From: Azolla caroliniana
Lineage: Eukaryota; Plantae; Polypodiophyta
Direction of reading: 5' to 3'
Assembly (NCBI GenBank): GCA_043228905.1
Contig: JBHGNT010000014.1
Coordinates: 15,438,001 to 15,502,000 of the forward strand
DNA length: 64,000 bases
The first letter of the stretch is position 1, and each line of letters starts with the position of its first letter. Both the position numbers and the translations under genes were made by a program. This document shows, piece after piece, positions 62,101 to 64,000 of the stretch. The notes under the pieces are model-generated. The model made no database searches and was not told where the DNA came from. It worked only from the letters and a program-made list of their open reading frames with translations.

Positions 62101-63764
62101 AACAGCTCAGCTCAAGCCGGAGTCGAGCTGTAAAACCATTTTTAAACGGTTTGACAGTTCGGTTCTGTTCGGTTCAAGCTTGAGCTTCCTTACGCGGTTT
62201 GAGCTCAGTTCACTTAAGCTTGAGCCTTACCAAACCTGTTAAGCCTTAACTAAGTTTAGGGATCGGTTATATCGGGTTTGGCTTGCACAAGGCCAAACCG
62301 GTTAAGCCGAAACCGAATTGTTGCCACCTAATTGTAAGGATTAAACATAAATGTTGTGATTAGCTTACCAACCAGTTATCCAAGATGCAAATGGACCCCA
62401 TTTGTTTCCTGCTAATCGAAAGCTCCAGAAATAGAGGCCCCCAGATGTAGGGTAAGCAGAGCAAATTTCAGCCATGGATGAAGCCACAAAGGTGGTAAAG
62501 AAACCAGCTATGAGCCATCCATATGTCATGGAGATTGGTCCCCCATATGCCAAACCTGTATTATAGACGGTTGTCACCCCAGTTAAGATTGAAATGAGAG
62601 AGAATGAGACTGCAGTGTTGGCCAGTACTCTGCATCATGTAAGCAAACACACAAATGTAAACTGTTAACCTAAATGTAAACCTAAACCTAAATATACATA
62701 TACTCATGCAGTACATATGCACACAGGACACACACTACATATGTGTTTCACTTTGGTCTCCTTCTTCATATTTGACCTAAACCTTTCTTTTCTGATTCAA
62801 TGATTGTATGCAGTCTGTGATTGATGTCCATCATAGGCCACTTTGTTGGCAATCACTCTTCTTTTCCTTCTTCCATAGAATCATCTTATTATCTGACATT
62901 TGGGTCAACCTATATGGCAGATGATGATCCCTTCTTGTAACTTTGTGGTCTCAAGAGGTAAATTTCAGACATTGTGCAATGCATACATGTATGCAGCATA
63001 TCAGATGATGGTGATGGTGATGGTGATGGTAATGGTAATGGTAATGGTAATAGTAAGGGTGCTTGTATACATATGCATATTTCTGCAGACGTTGCTTTAT
63101 ATGCATATATTACATGTATGCATATCAGATGATGGTGATTGTAATGGTAATGGTAATAGTAATGGTGCTATGCTGCTTGTATACATATGCATATTTCTGC
63201 AGACCTTGCTTTATATGCATATATTACATGTATGTATATCAGGGGATGGTGATTGTAATGGTAATGGTAATAGCAATGGTGCTATGCTGCTTGTACACAT
63301 ATGCATATTTCTGCAGACCTTGCTTTATATGCATATCAGATGATGGTGATGGTAATGTTTTAAATAGTAATGGTGCTTGTATACATATGCATATTTCTGC
63401 AGACCTTGCTTGATATGCATATGATGTATTTATAATCTTACATTTTGTTTCATCTTTGTATTCAACATATTCATGATGCTTGTAAATGGGGTCTCATAGC
63501 TCATTTTCGTCTCTTTCGGATCGTAAGATGTTATGTCTGAATCCGTTTCGGGTTCAAGACAACTCCAATTGCAATCGTTTGTTTGTTTGTTTCCATTCCA
63601 CAACACAATATGTTGAAGATAAAAATCACTTACGACATGTCGCGCTTGAGCTCTTGCTTGTAACCAAGCTCCTTGAGGCGAAGACGATCAAGGTCGGCCT
63701 CTTCGGACATGGCTTTATCGTTAACATCCATCCTTCTTCCGCCCCAAGAACTAGTCACCACCAT
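59121..63764 (-). CDS. BAT1: Amino-acid/GABA permease BAT1-like (APC/ACT family), 8 exons, 532 aa
   Basis: Exons 63764-63634, 62629-62369, 61745-61727, 61655-61436, 60930-60749, 60535-60246, 60066-59937, 59486-59121 (1599 nt, phase-consistent). Motifs ELGYKQELKR, MAEICSAYPTSGGLYFWS, QYTLTGFDASAHL-SEET, YAFSRDGA, WFKGPVPN. Confidence 0.93.
60901..61178. repeat. Duplication of the BAT1 intron4/exon5 junction with short tandem repeats between
   Basis: 60901-61001 nearly equals 61078-61178. Confidence 0.88.
61861..62053. mobile_element. Possible degenerate long-TIR MITE in BAT1 intron 2
   Basis: AGAATACCCC...GGGGTATTCT inverted ends with further imperfect pairing; no TSD found. Confidence 0.4.
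62092..62330. mobile_element. Possible MITE remnant in BAT1 intron 2
   Basis: GGCAACA / TGTTGCC inverted ends; repeated AACCG/CGGTT and AAGCTT motifs; no clear TSD. Confidence 0.4.
62985..63425. repeat. ~4 tandem ~90-120 bp units in BAT1 intron 1
   Basis: Repeated GCTTGTATACATATGCATATTTCTGCAGAC plus (ATGGTR)n tracts. Confidence 0.9.
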
Positions 63765-64000
63765 AACTGAAGAATTGGAGATAAAACAAAACAAAAACAA
63801 TCTATGCCAAGCAAGAAGACCGCAAGATGATGAATTGTTGTTGATTGTGTGCTTGTTTCTTTAGTCAAAACTTGAACCCAACCCAAAAGTGATGATTTTA
63901 AAGAAGGTTGTCAAGGTAGAATGGGGACGATGGTGATTGATGATTGCTGAGAACTATTTTAATTTTTGTTAGTGCTCATGCACCTGGAGTGCACTTGGAA

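Noticed and set aside
62900-63413. Repetitive 147-aa and 116-aa ORFs
   Set aside because: Intronic tandem repeat antisense to BAT1.

Overview
Land-plant nuclear DNA with GT-AG introns. The self-priming chromovirus types suggest a non-seed plant such as a fern or lycophyte, but this is inference. There are three host genes, all on the minus strand: a multi-exon four-MATH-domain protein (At2g25320-like, continuing past base 1), an intronless SCP/CTDSP-like DLDET phosphatase, and an 8-exon BAT1/GABA-permease-like amino-acid transporter. About 8.7-52.3 kb is a deeply nested transposon stack whose boundaries mostly resolve to the base from LTRs, TIRs and TSDs. It holds two near-complete chromodomain Ty3/gypsy elements, a near-intact Tnt1-like copia, an internally deleted copia, a 10.5-kb hAT carrying captured FCF1 exons, truncated gypsy/Athila-like elements, two LINE remnants, a hAT MITE, a solo LTR and a non-coding LTR element. 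The main discovery candidate is a shared architecture in three sequence-unrelated LTR families (14667-25302, 36523-41856, non-coding 49850-52088). (i) None has a tRNA PBS; each has an 11-12 nt PBS complementary to its own R region 32-33 nt after the TATA box (Tf1-type self-priming). (ii) Each has an antisense tRNA-like Pol III A-box/B-box module at the U3 tip of its LTRs. (iii) The two coding members have a -1 slippery site followed by a stem-loop with a shared TAGGAGCC loop.
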